64,000 nt of DNA from Thermoanaerobaculia bacterium (GCA_963816185.1 CAWFJJ010000024.1:680396-744395); one strand, 5' to 3'; counted from the first letter of the stretch, positions 45,098 through 54,975 are shown. Numbers and translations: made by a program. The notes: generated from the sequence alone by a model not told the origin.

Positions 45098-46693
45098 CTA
45101 GGCCATGCCCTCGAGCGACTTGATCAGGAGGTGTTTCTGCACCTTCCCGAGCACGTTGCGGGGAAGCTCGGCCACCGCGCGAAGCTCGCGCGGCTTCTTG
45201 AAATCCGCGAGATGCGAGGCGGCGAAGGAGGTGATCTCCTCGCAAATCCTCTTCGCGCCTTCCTCGTCGCAGCGCTCGACGAGGACGACGGCCGCCGCGA
45301 TGCGCTGGCCCCAGACGCGGTCGGGCAGGCCGACGACGGCCGCGTCCTTGACCGCGGGGTGCAGCCGGAGAACGTCCTCGATCTCGCGGGCCGAGATCTT
45401 GTAACCGCCGCTCTTGATCACGTCGACCGACTTGCGGCCGAGGATCGTCACGTAGCCGTCGGCGTCCCGTCTCGCCACGTCACCCGTCAGGAACCAGCCG
45501 TCTCGGAACGCGGCCGCCGTGTCGGCCTCGCGCCCCCAGTAGCCGCTCATGAGGCCGCTGCCCTTGACGTGGATCTCTCCAGGCTCGCCTTCCGGGGTGT
45601 CGTGCCCGTCGTCGTCGACGAGCCGCATCGCGCAGCCGGGCACGGGGAACCCGACGGTGCCCGGCCGCCGCTCTCCCTCGTAAGGATTCGAGAGCGTGAA
45701 AAGCGTCTCGCTCATTCCGTACCGTTCCAGGATCGCGTGACCGGTCCTCTCGCGGAATGCGGCGAAGTCGGCCGACGGGAGCGCCGCGCTGCCGGACGTG
45801 AAGAGCCTGGCCTTCCGGAGCGCCTCGGCTCGCTCGGGATGACCTTCCAGATGTTCGAGCAGGCGGACGTACATCGTCGGCACGCCCATGAACGCCGTGG
45901 CACCCTCGTTCGCGAACGCGTCCACGACGCGCGCCGCGTCGAAGCGCTCTTCGAGGAGAAGAGTGAATCCGCGAAGGAGCGCGCCCGCCACTCCGAGACA
46001 GAGCCCGTGCACGTGGAAAAGGGGAAGCGCGAGCACGAGGCGATCGGCCGGGCTGAAGCGCCAGAGGTCCATCATTGCGCGCGTGTTCGTCTCGAGGGCG
46101 CGATGCGACAACGCGACACCCTTGCTCTTGCCCGTCGTACCCGACGTGTAGATGAGCATCGCGACATCGTCGTCATGTGGCGGGTCGGTCCGTACGAGGC
46201 TCGAAGAGGAAGATTTCTTAGAAGGGGAAGAGAGAGATACAGATTTCTTAGAGGGGGAGGAGGGGAGGGCGGCGGGAATGGGGAGGACGTGCCGTAGCTG
46301 CGGGGGTCTTTGTTTTCTCAGGACTTCTTCCAGGACGGCATGGCAAGGTTCGCCCTCCCGCGTCAGGACCGCGACCGCGCCCGAGTCCTCGAGGATGTGC
46401 CGGGCCTCGTCGGCCTTGTACCGCGTGTTGATCGGAACGTGGATGACACCCGACGAGAGGTGCCCGACGAAAGCGGCGACGAGCTCGGGACAGGTCTCGG
46501 CGAAAACCGCGACGCGATCCCCACGCTTGACGCCCGCGCGCTCCAGAAAGATGACGTATGACTCAGCCCACCGGCGTATTTCTTCGAATGGGTAAGAGCG
46601 GCCGTTCCAGACGACAGCCGAATGCGCGGCGCGGTTGCGCAGCGCGAGAAGTAAGCGCGAGCCGGCCGACAAATGCTCCATGGCCCTATTCAC
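45098..46693 (-). CDS. Acyl-CoA synthetase (malonyl-CoA synthetase-like)
   Basis: YTSGTTGKSKG, LPLFHVHGL, ERYGMSE, GKVQK. Confidence 0.92.
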   Translation of the reverse strand: MNRAMEHLSAGSRLLLALRNRAAHSAVVWNGRSYPFEEIRRWAESYVIFLERAGVKRGDRVAVFAETCPELVAAFVGHLSSGVIHVPINTRYKADEARHILEDSGAVAVLTREGEPCHAVLEEVLRKQRPPQLRHVLPIPAALPSSPSKKSVSLSSPSKKSSSSSLVRTDPPHDDDVAMLIYTSGTTGKSKGVALSHRALETNTRAMMDLWRFSPADRLVLALPLFHVHGLCLGVAGALLRGFTLLLEERFDAARVVDAFANEGATAFMGVPTMYVRLLEHLEGHPERAEALRKARLFTSGSAALPSADFAAFRERTGHAILERYGMSETLFTLSNPYEGERRPGTVGFPVPGCAMRLVDDDGHDTPEGEPGEIHVKGSGLMSGYWGREADTAAAFRDGWFLTGDVARRDADGYVTILGRKSVDVIKSGGYKISAREIEDVLRLHPAVKDAAVVGLPDRVWGQRIAAAVVLVERCDEEGAKRICEEITSFAASHLADFKKPRELRAVAELPRNVLGKVQKHLLIKSLEGMA

Positions 46694-46760
46694 CTTCTAA
46701 GAAAATCCATCTTCTCCCGCTGCTCCTCGATTGCTCGTGTCGAGAGGGAGCAAAGAATCT

Positions 46761-47480
46761 TCATACGCCCGACACCCCGAGGAACTCCTCGCGGACGCGC
46801 GGGTCGCCGGCGAGGTCCCGCGCGCGGCCCGCGAGGGTCACGCGGCCCGTCTCGAGGACGCAGGCGTGATCGGCGAGCGCGAGGGCGTGGGCCACGTTCT
46901 GCTCGACGAGGAGGACCGTCACGCCGGCCTTGCGAATCGCGGAAAGCGAGGCGAACACCTGACGGACGAGGCGCGGGGAGAGGCCGAGGGCCGGCTCGTC
47001 GAGGAGGAGGAGGCGCGGGCGCGCCATGAGGCCGCGGCCGATCGCGCACATCTGCTGCTCTCCTCCCGAGAGCGTGCCGGCCTTCTGGGCGTGCCGCTCC
47101 TTGAGGACCGGGAACATCGCGAAGACCTGCTCGAGCGTGCGCGTGGACTCCTTGCGCGCCCTCTTTCCCCATGCCCCCATCTCGAGGTTCTCGAGAACCG
47201 TCATGCCCGGCCAGAGCTGGCGCGCCTCGGGCACGAGCACGAGGCCGTCCGGAGCCCGCGTGTGCGCCGGACGGTTCACGAGGTCGCAGCCATCGAACAG
47301 GATGCGTCCGCGCCGGGGCGTGAGGAGGCCGGCGATCGTCTTCAGGAGAGTGGTCTTGCCGGCGCCGTTGGCGCCCACGAGCGTCAGGATCTCGCCGGCC
47401 TCGACGCGGAAGGACACGTCCCAGACGGCCTGCACGTTTCCGTAGGAGACGTCGAGGCTCTCGACGACGAGGAGGCTCAA
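46761..47480 (-). CDS. livF: Branched-chain amino acid ABC ATPase
   Basis: GANGAGKT, LSGGEQQM, LVEQN. Confidence 0.9.
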   Translation of the reverse strand: MSLLVVESLDVSYGNVQAVWDVSFRVEAGEILTLVGANGAGKTTLLKTIAGLLTPRRGRILFDGCDLVNRPAHTRAPDGLVLVPEARQLWPGMTVLENLEMGAWGKRARKESTRTLEQVFAMFPVLKERHAQKAGTLSGGEQQMCAIGRGLMARPRLLLLDEPALGLSPRLVRQVFASLSAIRKAGVTVLLVEQNVAHALALADHACVLETGRVTLAGRARDLAGDPRVREEFLGVSGV

Positions 47481-48220
47481 GACGCCGCCTCCTCCGGGGC
47501 GTCGCCGAAGTACGCCGCCACGACGGCCGGATCGCGCAACGCCTCCTCGGGGCGCCCCTCGGCGATCGTTTCGCCGAAGTTCAGGACCAGGATGCGGTCC
47601 GAAAGCCCGACCACCGCGTGGACGTGATGCTCGATGAGGAGGATCGTGAGGCCTTGATCGCGCAGCTCGCGGACGAGAACCATCGCGGCGTTGATCTCGG
47701 CCGGGTTCAGGCCGCCCATGATCTCGTCGAGGCAGAGCACGTCCGGCTCGGTCGCAAGGGCCCGCGCGATCTCGAGGCGCTTGAGCTCGCCGAGCGCCAG
47801 AGTGCCTGCGAGGGATCCGGCGCGCGCCCCGAGCCCGGTTCGCGCGAGAAGGTCGCGCACCCGGGTCTTCTCGTCGGCGCCGCGCCTTCGTCCCCTTCCG
47901 AAGCGGGCTCCGACGGCCACGTTGTCCGCCACCGTCATCTCGCGGAAGGGCCGGACGACCTGGTGGGTCCGCACGAGCCCGCGATGCGCGACGGCCCAGA
48001 CCGGAAGGCCGTCGAGGCGCTCGCCCCGAAGGCGAACGGAGCCGGATGTCGGCTTCTGAGCGCCCGTCAGACACGAAAAAAGAGTCGTCTTGCCGGCCCC
48101 GTTCGGTCCGATGACGCCGAAGATCTCGCCTGGCTTGACGTCGAACGAAACGGCCTTGACGGCCACGAGGCCGCCGAAGCGTTTCGTGAGCGCGCGGACG
48201 GAGACGACCGGCTCAGGCAT
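47477..48220 (-). CDS. livG: Branched-chain amino acid ABC ATPase
   Basis: FGGLVAV, GPNGAGKT, LIEH, AAYFG. Confidence 0.9.
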   Translation of the reverse strand: MPEPVVSVRALTKRFGGLVAVKAVSFDVKPGEIFGVIGPNGAGKTTLFSCLTGAQKPTSGSVRLRGERLDGLPVWAVAHRGLVRTHQVVRPFREMTVADNVAVGARFGRGRRRGADEKTRVRDLLARTGLGARAGSLAGTLALGELKRLEIARALATEPDVLCLDEIMGGLNPAEINAAMVLVRELRDQGLTILLIEHHVHAVVGLSDRILVLNFGETIAEGRPEEALRDPAVVAAYFGDAPEEAAS

Positions 48221-49160
48221 CGACGTAGAAGCGCCGCAGACGTCGCGCGGAGAGCCGTCTCACGAGGCCGAGGAGGCCCTTGGGCTCGAACAGCATGACG
48301 GCGATCAGGAGCGCCCCGTAGATGAAGAGCGAAGAGTTGAGCAGGGCCGGGATCGACAAGAGCTTGAGCTGGAGCCAGCCGAAGAGGATGGCGCCGAGAA
48401 CCGGTCCCGCGACCGTCCCGACTCCGCCGACGATCGGCATCAGGACGATCGTGAGACTCAGGCGGAAGTCGAACACCGAGCCCGGCGACACGTACTGGAA
48501 ATTGATCGCGAACAGGCCGCCCGCCAGGCCGACGAGGGCGGCGGAAAGAGCGTGGATGGTGACTTTCAGTCGCGTCGAGTTCACACCGAGCGCCTCGGCC
48601 GCGTCGATGTCCTGCTTCACGGCGGCGAGAGCGGATCCGAAAGCGCTCCGCGAGATCGCGAGCGCGATCCAGACGAGCGCCACCGCGAGGAGCGTCATCT
48701 CACGGAAGTTCGACTCGAAGTCGAATGAGCCCGCGGGCATCCTGAGCCCGCTGGCGCCGCCCGCGAACGAGAGGCTCGAGGCCACGACCCGTACGGCTTC
48801 CCCGACGCCGATCGTGGCGATCGTGAAGTAAGGCCCGCGCAGCCGAAACGTGGGGTAGCCGATGATCACGGAAAAGACCGCGGCGAGGAGCGCGCCGAGC
48901 GGAAGCGTCAGGACGGGCGACATGCCCCGAAGCGCGAGGAGCACGGTCGTGTAGGCGCCGATTCCGAGAAAAGCGGAGTAACCGATCGAAACCTGGCCTG
49001 CAAACCCTCCGAGAAGATTCCACGAGGAAGCCAGCACGACGGCCAGCGCGACGCTCCACAGGTCGTTCAGGGTGTCCCGTTCGAGAAAGGAAGGAGCGAA
49101 GTAAAGCGCACCCGCCGCGACGAGCATTCCAGCCGCCTCGAGGCCTCGCTTCGAAGTCAC
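48213..49160 (-). CDS. livM: Branched-chain amino acid ABC permease
   Basis: WNLLGGFAGQVS, RLRGPYF, GGVGT. Confidence 0.88.
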   Translation of the reverse strand: MTSKRGLEAAGMLVAAGALYFAPSFLERDTLNDLWSVALAVVLASSWNLLGGFAGQVSIGYSAFLGIGAYTTVLLALRGMSPVLTLPLGALLAAVFSVIIGYPTFRLRGPYFTIATIGVGEAVRVVASSLSFAGGASGLRMPAGSFDFESNFREMTLLAVALVWIALAISRSAFGSALAAVKQDIDAAEALGVNSTRLKVTIHALSAALVGLAGGLFAINFQYVSPGSVFDFRLSLTIVLMPIVGGVGTVAGPVLGAILFGWLQLKLLSIPALLNSSLFIYGALLIAVMLFEPKGLLGLVRRLSARRLRRFYVDA

Positions 49161-50059
49161 CCGCGCCCCCTGACGCGCGCGAAGCGAAGGAGTCCCGGGA
49201 GGCCCTGCGGCAGCACCACGAGCGTCACGACGAGGAGCGTGAAGCTGAGGGCGTCCTGGAGCGACGTCGGGAGGGTCGTGAAAGCCGCCGTTCCGTTTTC
49301 GAGGAGGGCGAGGACGAAGGCGCCGGCAGCCACACCCGTCACGCTCTCGAGGCCGCCCAGGACGATGATACAGAAGGCCTTGAGGAGGAAACTGCGTCCG
49401 AAGTCGGGTGTGAAGGCGAAGAGCGTGGAGAGAAGAGTCCCCGCGAGCCCCGCGAACGCCGTTCCGACGCCAAAAGCCACCGCCGAGATCCGGTCCGCGT
49501 CCACTCCGGAGACGAGCGCAGCGTCGCGGTTCTGCGTGACGGCGCGAATCGCCTTGCCGAGGTACGTGCGGTGGAGGACGAATTCGAGGACGAGAAGCGA
49601 GAGGATGGACATTCCGAAGACCCCGAGCGCGGGGACACCCACGCGCACGCCGAGGAGCGAGACCGACTTGAGCGTGTACGAGGTCAGGATCGACTGCGTA
49701 TCCCCGCTCCAGAGCACGTAGGCGAGATCCTGGAGGACGAGCCAGACTCCGAAGAGAAGCAGGAGGCTCTCCATCGAAGGTGTCGAGCCGGATCGCGGGA
49801 GGCGGCGGACCACAGTGCGGTAGAGAGCGACACCGCCTACGAAGAACAGGGGCACGACGATGACGCTCGAAAGGAAGGGGTCGATCGAAAAACGCGTGAA
49901 GAGCGTGAACGTCGCGTACGCCCCGAGCATCATGATCCCGGCGTGCGCGAGGTTGATGATCCGCATGACCCCGTAGATCACAGCAAGCCCATACGCCATC
50001 GTGGCGTAGAGGCCCGCGGCGAGGAACGAATTGACGAGAACGCCGACGATCTCCTGCAC
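49157..50059 (-). CDS. livH: Branched-chain amino acid ABC permease
   Basis: IYGVMRIINLAH, GKAIRA, VLGGL. Confidence 0.88.
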   Translation of the reverse strand: MQEIVGVLVNSFLAAGLYATMAYGLAVIYGVMRIINLAHAGIMMLGAYATFTLFTRFSIDPFLSSVIVVPLFFVGGVALYRTVVRRLPRSGSTPSMESLLLLFGVWLVLQDLAYVLWSGDTQSILTSYTLKSVSLLGVRVGVPALGVFGMSILSLLVLEFVLHRTYLGKAIRAVTQNRDAALVSGVDADRISAVAFGVGTAFAGLAGTLLSTLFAFTPDFGRSFLLKAFCIIVLGGLESVTGVAAGAFVLALLENGTAAFTTLPTSLQDALSFTLLVVTLVVLPQGLPGLLRFARVRGRG

Positions 50060-50179
50060 AGGTCCTTGAGCGTAGCAGGCCCGGGCGTTCGGCGGCCTCA
50101 GGGCAGCTGCCGAGGAAACCACGTGGGGGCCAGCGACGCGCAGAGGACGACCGCCGAATTCCGTCTGGCGGCAGCAACG

Positions 50180-50869
50180 TCAGGCCGATTGCCTCCTCGA
50201 GGGTGTGGCGACACCTTTGATAAGCAGCCACAGCGCGAGCACAACTTGGAATACGAGCGCCGGCAGCCACTGGAAATATCCGGTCAGCGGCCCCGTGGAG
50301 AAACCGGCGAGCTGCAGGGGCAGTCCCACCGCGAGCAGACCCGAAGTGACCACGCCCATCCATGCGATCGAGACGGGCACCATCCGTCCGCGCAGGAGGA
50401 GATAGGAAAAGATCGTACTCCCCGCGGCAAAGAAGATTGCACCGACGGGGACGCTCGGGCCCGGCATCAGCAGAAACGCGCGCAGCGCGTTCGTTGTAGG
50501 GATGTCCGGGGCACCCGTCCCCATCCCCGGTTTCGCGAGCCACAGCAGTCGCAGGTAGCTCGGGATGCTGAGCGAACCGAGCACGCCTTCGGCAACGCGA
50601 CAGGCCAGGGCCAGCATTGCCAGCTCGTGGTCCTGGTCGCGCGTGATCCCGTACATCGCCACGGCCAGCACGAGGGCCGAGAAGGATTCGAGCAGGGTAA
50701 TCAGGATCGTCATGCGCACGTCCGTCGCGTACTCAGCGATGCGCGCGAGTTTCGCGGCATCGCCCTCGGCGCTGTGCACATGGTGCATCAGCACCTCACT
50801 GCAGATACCGATCGCTGAGTAGAAGAGGTACGTGAATCCGGCGACTCTTGCGCTTGTGGTGCGCGTCAT
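50180..50869 (-). CDS. DUF4386-like membrane protein
   Basis: ARVAGFTYL N-terminus, WLLIKG C-terminus, multiple TM segments. Confidence 0.75.
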   Translation of the reverse strand: MTRTTSARVAGFTYLFYSAIGICSEVLMHHVHSAEGDAAKLARIAEYATDVRMTILITLLESFSALVLAVAMYGITRDQDHELAMLALACRVAEGVLGSLSIPSYLRLLWLAKPGMGTGAPDIPTTNALRAFLLMPGPSVPVGAIFFAAGSTIFSYLLLRGRMVPVSIAWMGVVTSGLLAVGLPLQLAGFSTGPLTGYFQWLPALVFQVVLALWLLIKGVATPSRRQSA

Positions 50870-50960
50870 GTCAACTCCTCGCCGCGCTCGTGGCTGCCAA
50901 TGCCGATGTCATCTCGCTGCCGATGTGGGTGACGTCGGCTCCGTGACGTTCACGCCCAGG

Positions 50961-51704
50961 CTAGTACACAGCGTCCGTGCCGCTTACTCGATCGGGACCA
51001 GCTCCGGAAGGTGGCAATCCCCTTAGCAGGAGCCAAACGCCCATCGTCAGTTCGAAGAAGAAGATAGGAGCTCCATAAATCTCGACGCCGACGACCTTCG
51101 CAAGGTCGGGCAAGATGATGAACGCGAATGCGCACGCTCCCATCAGGCACGACGCACACATTCCCCATGTCGCCAACGTCCTTGGGATGAAGCGGGACTT
51201 GAACCAGAGATAGCAGAAGGCAGTGCTTCGAAGCCCGGCGAGCACCAGGCCGACGTTATACGCAGCGCCATGCGCACCGACCGACAGCCTCGCCAGGGCA
51301 CGCAACTGGTCTGCATCGAATGCATGCAGGTAGTCCGCACCACTCAGGATCCGCAATACATCGAAGTCACTGAGCGTGACGACGACCAGGGTCGCGGTCT
51401 CTATCAGCCCCCAGCCCGCGGCGACCAAAGCGAGGCTTCGATTGACTGGCATGAGGACCACGTACAGAGCAATGATCAAGACGACATCGATCGCGAAGAC
51501 GGTGAGATTACTGGCGGTGCCCAGACGAAAGAGCCGTTCGTGCGCCATGATGTTTCGCGCCGTTTGCGCGGCATTGTCGAAGGCGATGAGATGGGTGCGC
51601 ACATAGAACTCGGCGAAGATCGCCGGCGGCAGCGCAAGCAGATAAGAGCATCCCACAACTGTCGCTGCTTTACGTTGTGATTCGTCGATGGCTGCGATTG
51701 TCAT
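50961..51704 (-). CDS. DUF4386-like membrane protein (gene cassette)
   Basis: TARNI, KSRFIPR, FFEL..GVWLLLRG; starts 14 bp after attC. Confidence 0.78.
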   Translation of the reverse strand: MTIAAIDESQRKAATVVGCSYLLALPPAIFAEFYVRTHLIAFDNAAQTARNIMAHERLFRLGTASNLTVFAIDVVLIIALYVVLMPVNRSLALVAAGWGLIETATLVVVTLSDFDVLRILSGADYLHAFDADQLRALARLSVGAHGAAYNVGLVLAGLRSTAFCYLWFKSRFIPRTLATWGMCASCLMGACAFAFIILPDLAKVVGVEIYGAPIFFFELTMGVWLLLRGLPPSGAGPDRVSGTDAVY

Positions 51705-51717
51705 TCCGCTCCCCACC

Positions 51718-51795
51718 GTCTAACGATACGCGTTCAGCGGCGAGCGGGGGCGAGCGAAGCGAGCTACGCGAGTCCGCTGCAGCCGCGGGTTGAAC
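51718..51795 (-). other. attC site
   Basis: Minus strand GTTCAAC...TGCAGCGG...CCGCTGA...GTTAGAC imperfect palindrome between co-oriented genes. Confidence 0.88.
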
Positions 51796-51811
51796 CGCGC
51801 TGACGGTCAAC

Positions 51812-52231
51812 TCACGGTTGAATCTCCCACGGTACCCACGAGACCGGGACTCCGGCGCGAACCGTGTTGTGCACCTCAGCGAGGGTGTCGGTCTGCCGCA
51901 ACAGAGCGGCAATCTCGGCTTGTGACGCTGGTGACGAAACTCGAGCGCGATACGTTATCGCCGAGGCGGCGAGACCAACGCCCGCGAATTCCCCGCTGGC
52001 TTCCACCTCTACCGTGTCAACCGGAATCTTCAGCCGATCAGCCTCGCGGTAGATGTCGTTGCAGAAGCACGTCGCCAGGGCGAGCATCAGAAACTCACCG
52101 CCGTTCACTGCCGAGCCTCGACCGAGACTCTTTCCCGGGATTGTGACGTGCTGCATGCTTCCAGCGGTGCTGACCGAAACGTCGTGTGATGTACCCGTAT
52201 TCTTCACGAAGGCTGCGATCTGCACTCTCAA
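51812..52231 (-). CDS. OsmC/Ohr family protein (gene cassette)
   Basis: NGGEFLMLALATCFCND, EVHNT. Confidence 0.8.
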   Translation of the reverse strand: MRVQIAAFVKNTGTSHDVSVSTAGSMQHVTIPGKSLGRGSAVNGGEFLMLALATCFCNDIYREADRLKIPVDTVEVEASGEFAGVGLAASAITYRARVSSPASQAEIAALLRQTDTLAEVHNTVRAGVPVSWVPWEIQP

Positions 52232-52266
52232 CCTCCAGATCGGTAAGCGAAGCGGCCTAACGATAT

Positions 52267-52434
52267 CGTTTCAATGAAGACGAGAAAAGGGCTGTCCTCG
52301 CCGACGTGGTCACCGAAGAATCGGGCCACACACTTTAACGGTGCGTTTTCATGATTCAGGACGAGCGGGGAGAGGAGCTGGGACGAGGCGAGGTGCCGAC
52401 CTCTGCGCCGGGGCTTGACAGGAACCTTCATGGG
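52267..52434 (+). mobile_element. Internally deleted mini-IS1111 inside an attC remnant (52255-52443)
   Basis: Left end, a short tnp fragment and the right end match the IS at 53558-54997; flanked by GCCTAAC and GTTGGGC. Confidence 0.85.
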
Positions 52435-52449
52435 CAGTTGGGCCGCGCG

Positions 52450-52914
52450 TCACCCTCGTGCGACGGAGCCGCCTCGCCGCCACAGTGAAAGCCCTAGGCC
52501 AACGACCATGACGACGAACAGCAGCAGGTTCACGTGTGGCCCGACCGGCGCCCCCACGCGGGGCAGTGGAACGAAACCAAGAACCAACTGCCCGGCGAGG
52601 TAGTTCAACGCGAGGAGCGCGAACATCAAGGGCACCGCGTTTCGGTATCGAAGAAGGACGAGCCCGCACAGGAGACAGAAGAATAGCCGCCAGAGCGATC
52701 CTTGCGCGAAGACTGCCACCACCGTCTGAGCGACCGCGGGCGTGAACGAATCGAGTGGAATCCCATCCGCGTCCCTCGCCGTCGGGTACCCGTTGAGAAT
52801 AATGGCTAGGCTCTGAGCGCCCTTCATCGCGACTACCAGGCCAAAGAGCCAGAGCGCCAACCTAGAGCCCCGATACTCATTATCCAGACGCCGCGGTAGA
52901 AGCACGTCGAGCAT
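52450..52914 (-). CDS. Hypothetical membrane protein (gene cassette)
   Basis: GGAGG RBS, four TM segments; cassette ends GCGGCCTAAC / GTTGGGCCGC are complementary. Confidence 0.75.
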   Translation of the reverse strand: MLDVLLPRRLDNEYRGSRLALWLFGLVVAMKGAQSLAIILNGYPTARDADGIPLDSFTPAVAQTVVAVFAQGSLWRLFFCLLCGLVLLRYRNAVPLMFALLALNYLAGQLVLGFVPLPRVGAPVGPHVNLLLFVVMVVGLGLSLWRRGGSVARG

Positions 52915-52951
52915 GATCTGGCCTCCAGTGGTTCCGGTTACCCGGGAAGCG

Positions 52952-53009
52952 GCCTAACAATATCAAGCTCAGCGGCGAGCGTAGTGAGCCCGCTGCAGCG
53001 TTGTTAGGC
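52952..53009 (-). other. attC site (intact; matches the IS1111 target)
   Basis: GCCTAAC...GTTAGGC 58 bp palindrome; the upstream gene's TAA lies in R''. Confidence 0.92.
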
Positions 53010-53525
53010 GCCGCGAATCCACGGGAGAGTGCGCTTAGCAAAGGCGAGGCGTCCGAGCAGGAGATGAAAGACAAGGGATCCGAGGCAAAAACCACCAAAG
53101 ACGAGCGCCCCCACGGCGAGAACGAAAAGGACCTCGAGGACAATCGCGGTCACATGGAAGCCGAGGAGCAGCGAAACGCCGATCGCTAGCGCGAATGTTC
53201 CTGCCATGCCTTGGGCAAACCTACGGGGGCCAGGAGCCGGTGAGAGCGTGATGCGACCCGGCCCGGCCGCTGCGATCCGATTGTAGAGCGCATCGAACGG
53301 GTTCCAACGAGGGAAGAGCGCGCTCCACCAAAGGACCCCTCCGAGAGCCAGGAAGATCAACGGCGCCTTGAGGACGACAGCCACAAGAACGACCGAGGCG
53401 ACGAGCCGCGGCTGAAAAAGAAGTGCGGAGTACTGAACCGGGCAGATTGCTGCAGACGGCTCCTCAAACCCCTGCTGGAGAATGAAGTTGCGCTTGAGGC
53501 CGGCGACAGCAAAGGTCGGGTCCAT
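53004..53525 (-). CDS. DUF4395-like membrane protein (gene cassette)
   Basis: PRRFAQGM, GFCLG motifs; cassette ends GCGGCGCCTAA / GTTAGGCGCCGC are complementary. Confidence 0.78.
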   Translation of the reverse strand: MDPTFAVAGLKRNFILQQGFEEPSAAICPVQYSALLFQPRLVASVVLVAVVLKAPLIFLALGGVLWWSALFPRWNPFDALYNRIAAAGPGRITLSPAPGPRRFAQGMAGTFALAIGVSLLLGFHVTAIVLEVLFVLAVGALVFGGFCLGSLVFHLLLGRLAFAKRTLPWIRGA

Positions 53526-53676
53526 AGATAAGGCCTTCCAGCGGCGCCTAAGGATATCGTTTCAATGAAGACGAGAAAAGGGCTGTCCTCGCCGACGTGG
53601 TCACCGAAGAATCGGGCCACAACGATTAACGGGGTCAACCTCCGAGGAGGTGCCCCAAGCAAGGGAGGACAGCCCG

Positions 53677-54780
53677 ATGAAATCTTATGTGGGACTGGAC
53701 GTTCACAGCAAGTCGAGCGTTTTCATGATTCAGAACGAGCGGGGAGAGGAGCTGGGACGAGGCGAGGTGCCGACCTCTGTGGAAGGGTTTTCCTCGTTGC
53801 GGCTACGTTTCAAGCTTCGCGCCTCGACGCTGGTGGCTCTCGAATCGGGGACGATGGCGTTTTTTGCGGCGCGAAAGCTTAGTGAGCTGGGGCTTTCACC
53901 CGTCGTGGTGGATGCGCGAGAGGTCAGGATCAAAGCCCATCGGCCCCGGCAGAAAAGCGACACGAGAGACGCCGTTGAACTGTGCGAAGGCCTGCGGCGT
54001 GGAATCTACCGGTCGATCGTGCATGTGCCGCCGGAGAAGATCGAGCACCTTAGAAATACCCTCTCGAGGCGCCGCCATTTCGTGCGTCTCGGGACGGCGC
54101 AGATCAACGCGGCGAAAAAGATGCTCCGGAGCGCGGGGCTCTCCGAGCTCAGCCGCCAGCATCTCGGGACCCTTCGCGCGTGGCAGCGCCTTCTTGGGGC
54201 CCTGGTTCCACATCCGCAGGTAAGGAGCTACGTCGAGCTTCACCACCGCGCCTGGCAGACTGCCCTCGAGCAGAAGAACGCGTGCGAGAAGAGCCTCGAA
54301 AGCCAGCACGCCGCCTTCGGCGAAGACCTCGAGAGACTCAAAACCGTTCCAGGAGTCGGGGAGATCGTGGCGCTGACGGCAATCGCTGTCTTCTCAGACG
54401 CCACGCGCTTTCCGACCGCCAAGCATGCGGCGAGCTACGCGGGGCTCGTCCCGCAAACCTACCAGTCGGGCGAAACGAACCGCCAGGGCCACATCACCAG
54501 GACGGGTTCGCCGGAGCTGCGGGCCATGCTCGTGCAGGCGGCTCACACGGCCAGGCGGCAAAGCAGCCCACTGAATCCGTTTCTGAGAACTCTCACGTTG
54601 CGCCTGGGGACACGCCGCGCTGTCACGGCCGTGGCGCATCGTCTCTGTCGGGTTCTTTACGCGATGCTTCGAGACAAGACGAGCTTTGATCGATCGATGC
54701 TGAAAGCCCACGAGCCGCGCACGGCGGTAAAGGATGCCCGGATCTATCGACTGAAACCTCAAGCGGCAAAGAGCCGCTGA
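53677..54780 (+). CDS. IS110/IS1111 DEDD transposase
   Basis: VGLDVH, ALES, KSDTRDA, TVPGVG, YAGLVP..QSG, AVAHRL. Confidence 0.95.
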   Translation: MKSYVGLDVHSKSSVFMIQNERGEELGRGEVPTSVEGFSSLRLRFKLRASTLVALESGTMAFFAARKLSELGLSPVVVDAREVRIKAHRPRQKSDTRDAVELCEGLRRGIYRSIVHVPPEKIEHLRNTLSRRRHFVRLGTAQINAAKKMLRSAGLSELSRQHLGTLRAWQRLLGALVPHPQVRSYVELHHRAWQTALEQKNACEKSLESQHAAFGEDLERLKTVPGVGEIVALTAIAVFSDATRFPTAKHAASYAGLVPQTYQSGETNRQGHITRTGSPELRAMLVQAAHTARRQSSPLNPFLRTLTLRLGTRRAVTAVAHRLCRVLYAMLRDKTSFDRSMLKAHEPRTAVKDARIYRLKPQAAKSR

Positions 54781-54975
54781 AGACGAAGAAAGGAAAAGCA
54801 CGCCGCAAATCTTGCCGAGAATCGGGTGGATGACCCTGCTGCTGAGCATTGGGCCGCAGAGCCCGGGATATCGTTTGGGGCGCCATCCGCTGAAGTGATA
54901 CGTGGGGCTCTGACCCCGAATGGACGAGTGGCCGGCTGTTTCGTGCGGCGCAAGCAAGAAATTATTCAGCGAGGG
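54781..54975 (+). ncRNA. Candidate bridge/seekRNA of the IS1111 element
   Basis: About 200 nt 3' non-coding region; stem CAGAGCCC/GGGCTCTG encloses GGATATC and CCGCTGAAGTGATA, which match the target flanks. Confidence 0.7.

Noticed and set aside
50885-50945. GCCGATGTCA...TGACGTCGGC hairpin as a degenerate attC
   Set aside because: It lacks AAC/GTT cores and the conserved CAGCGG arms.
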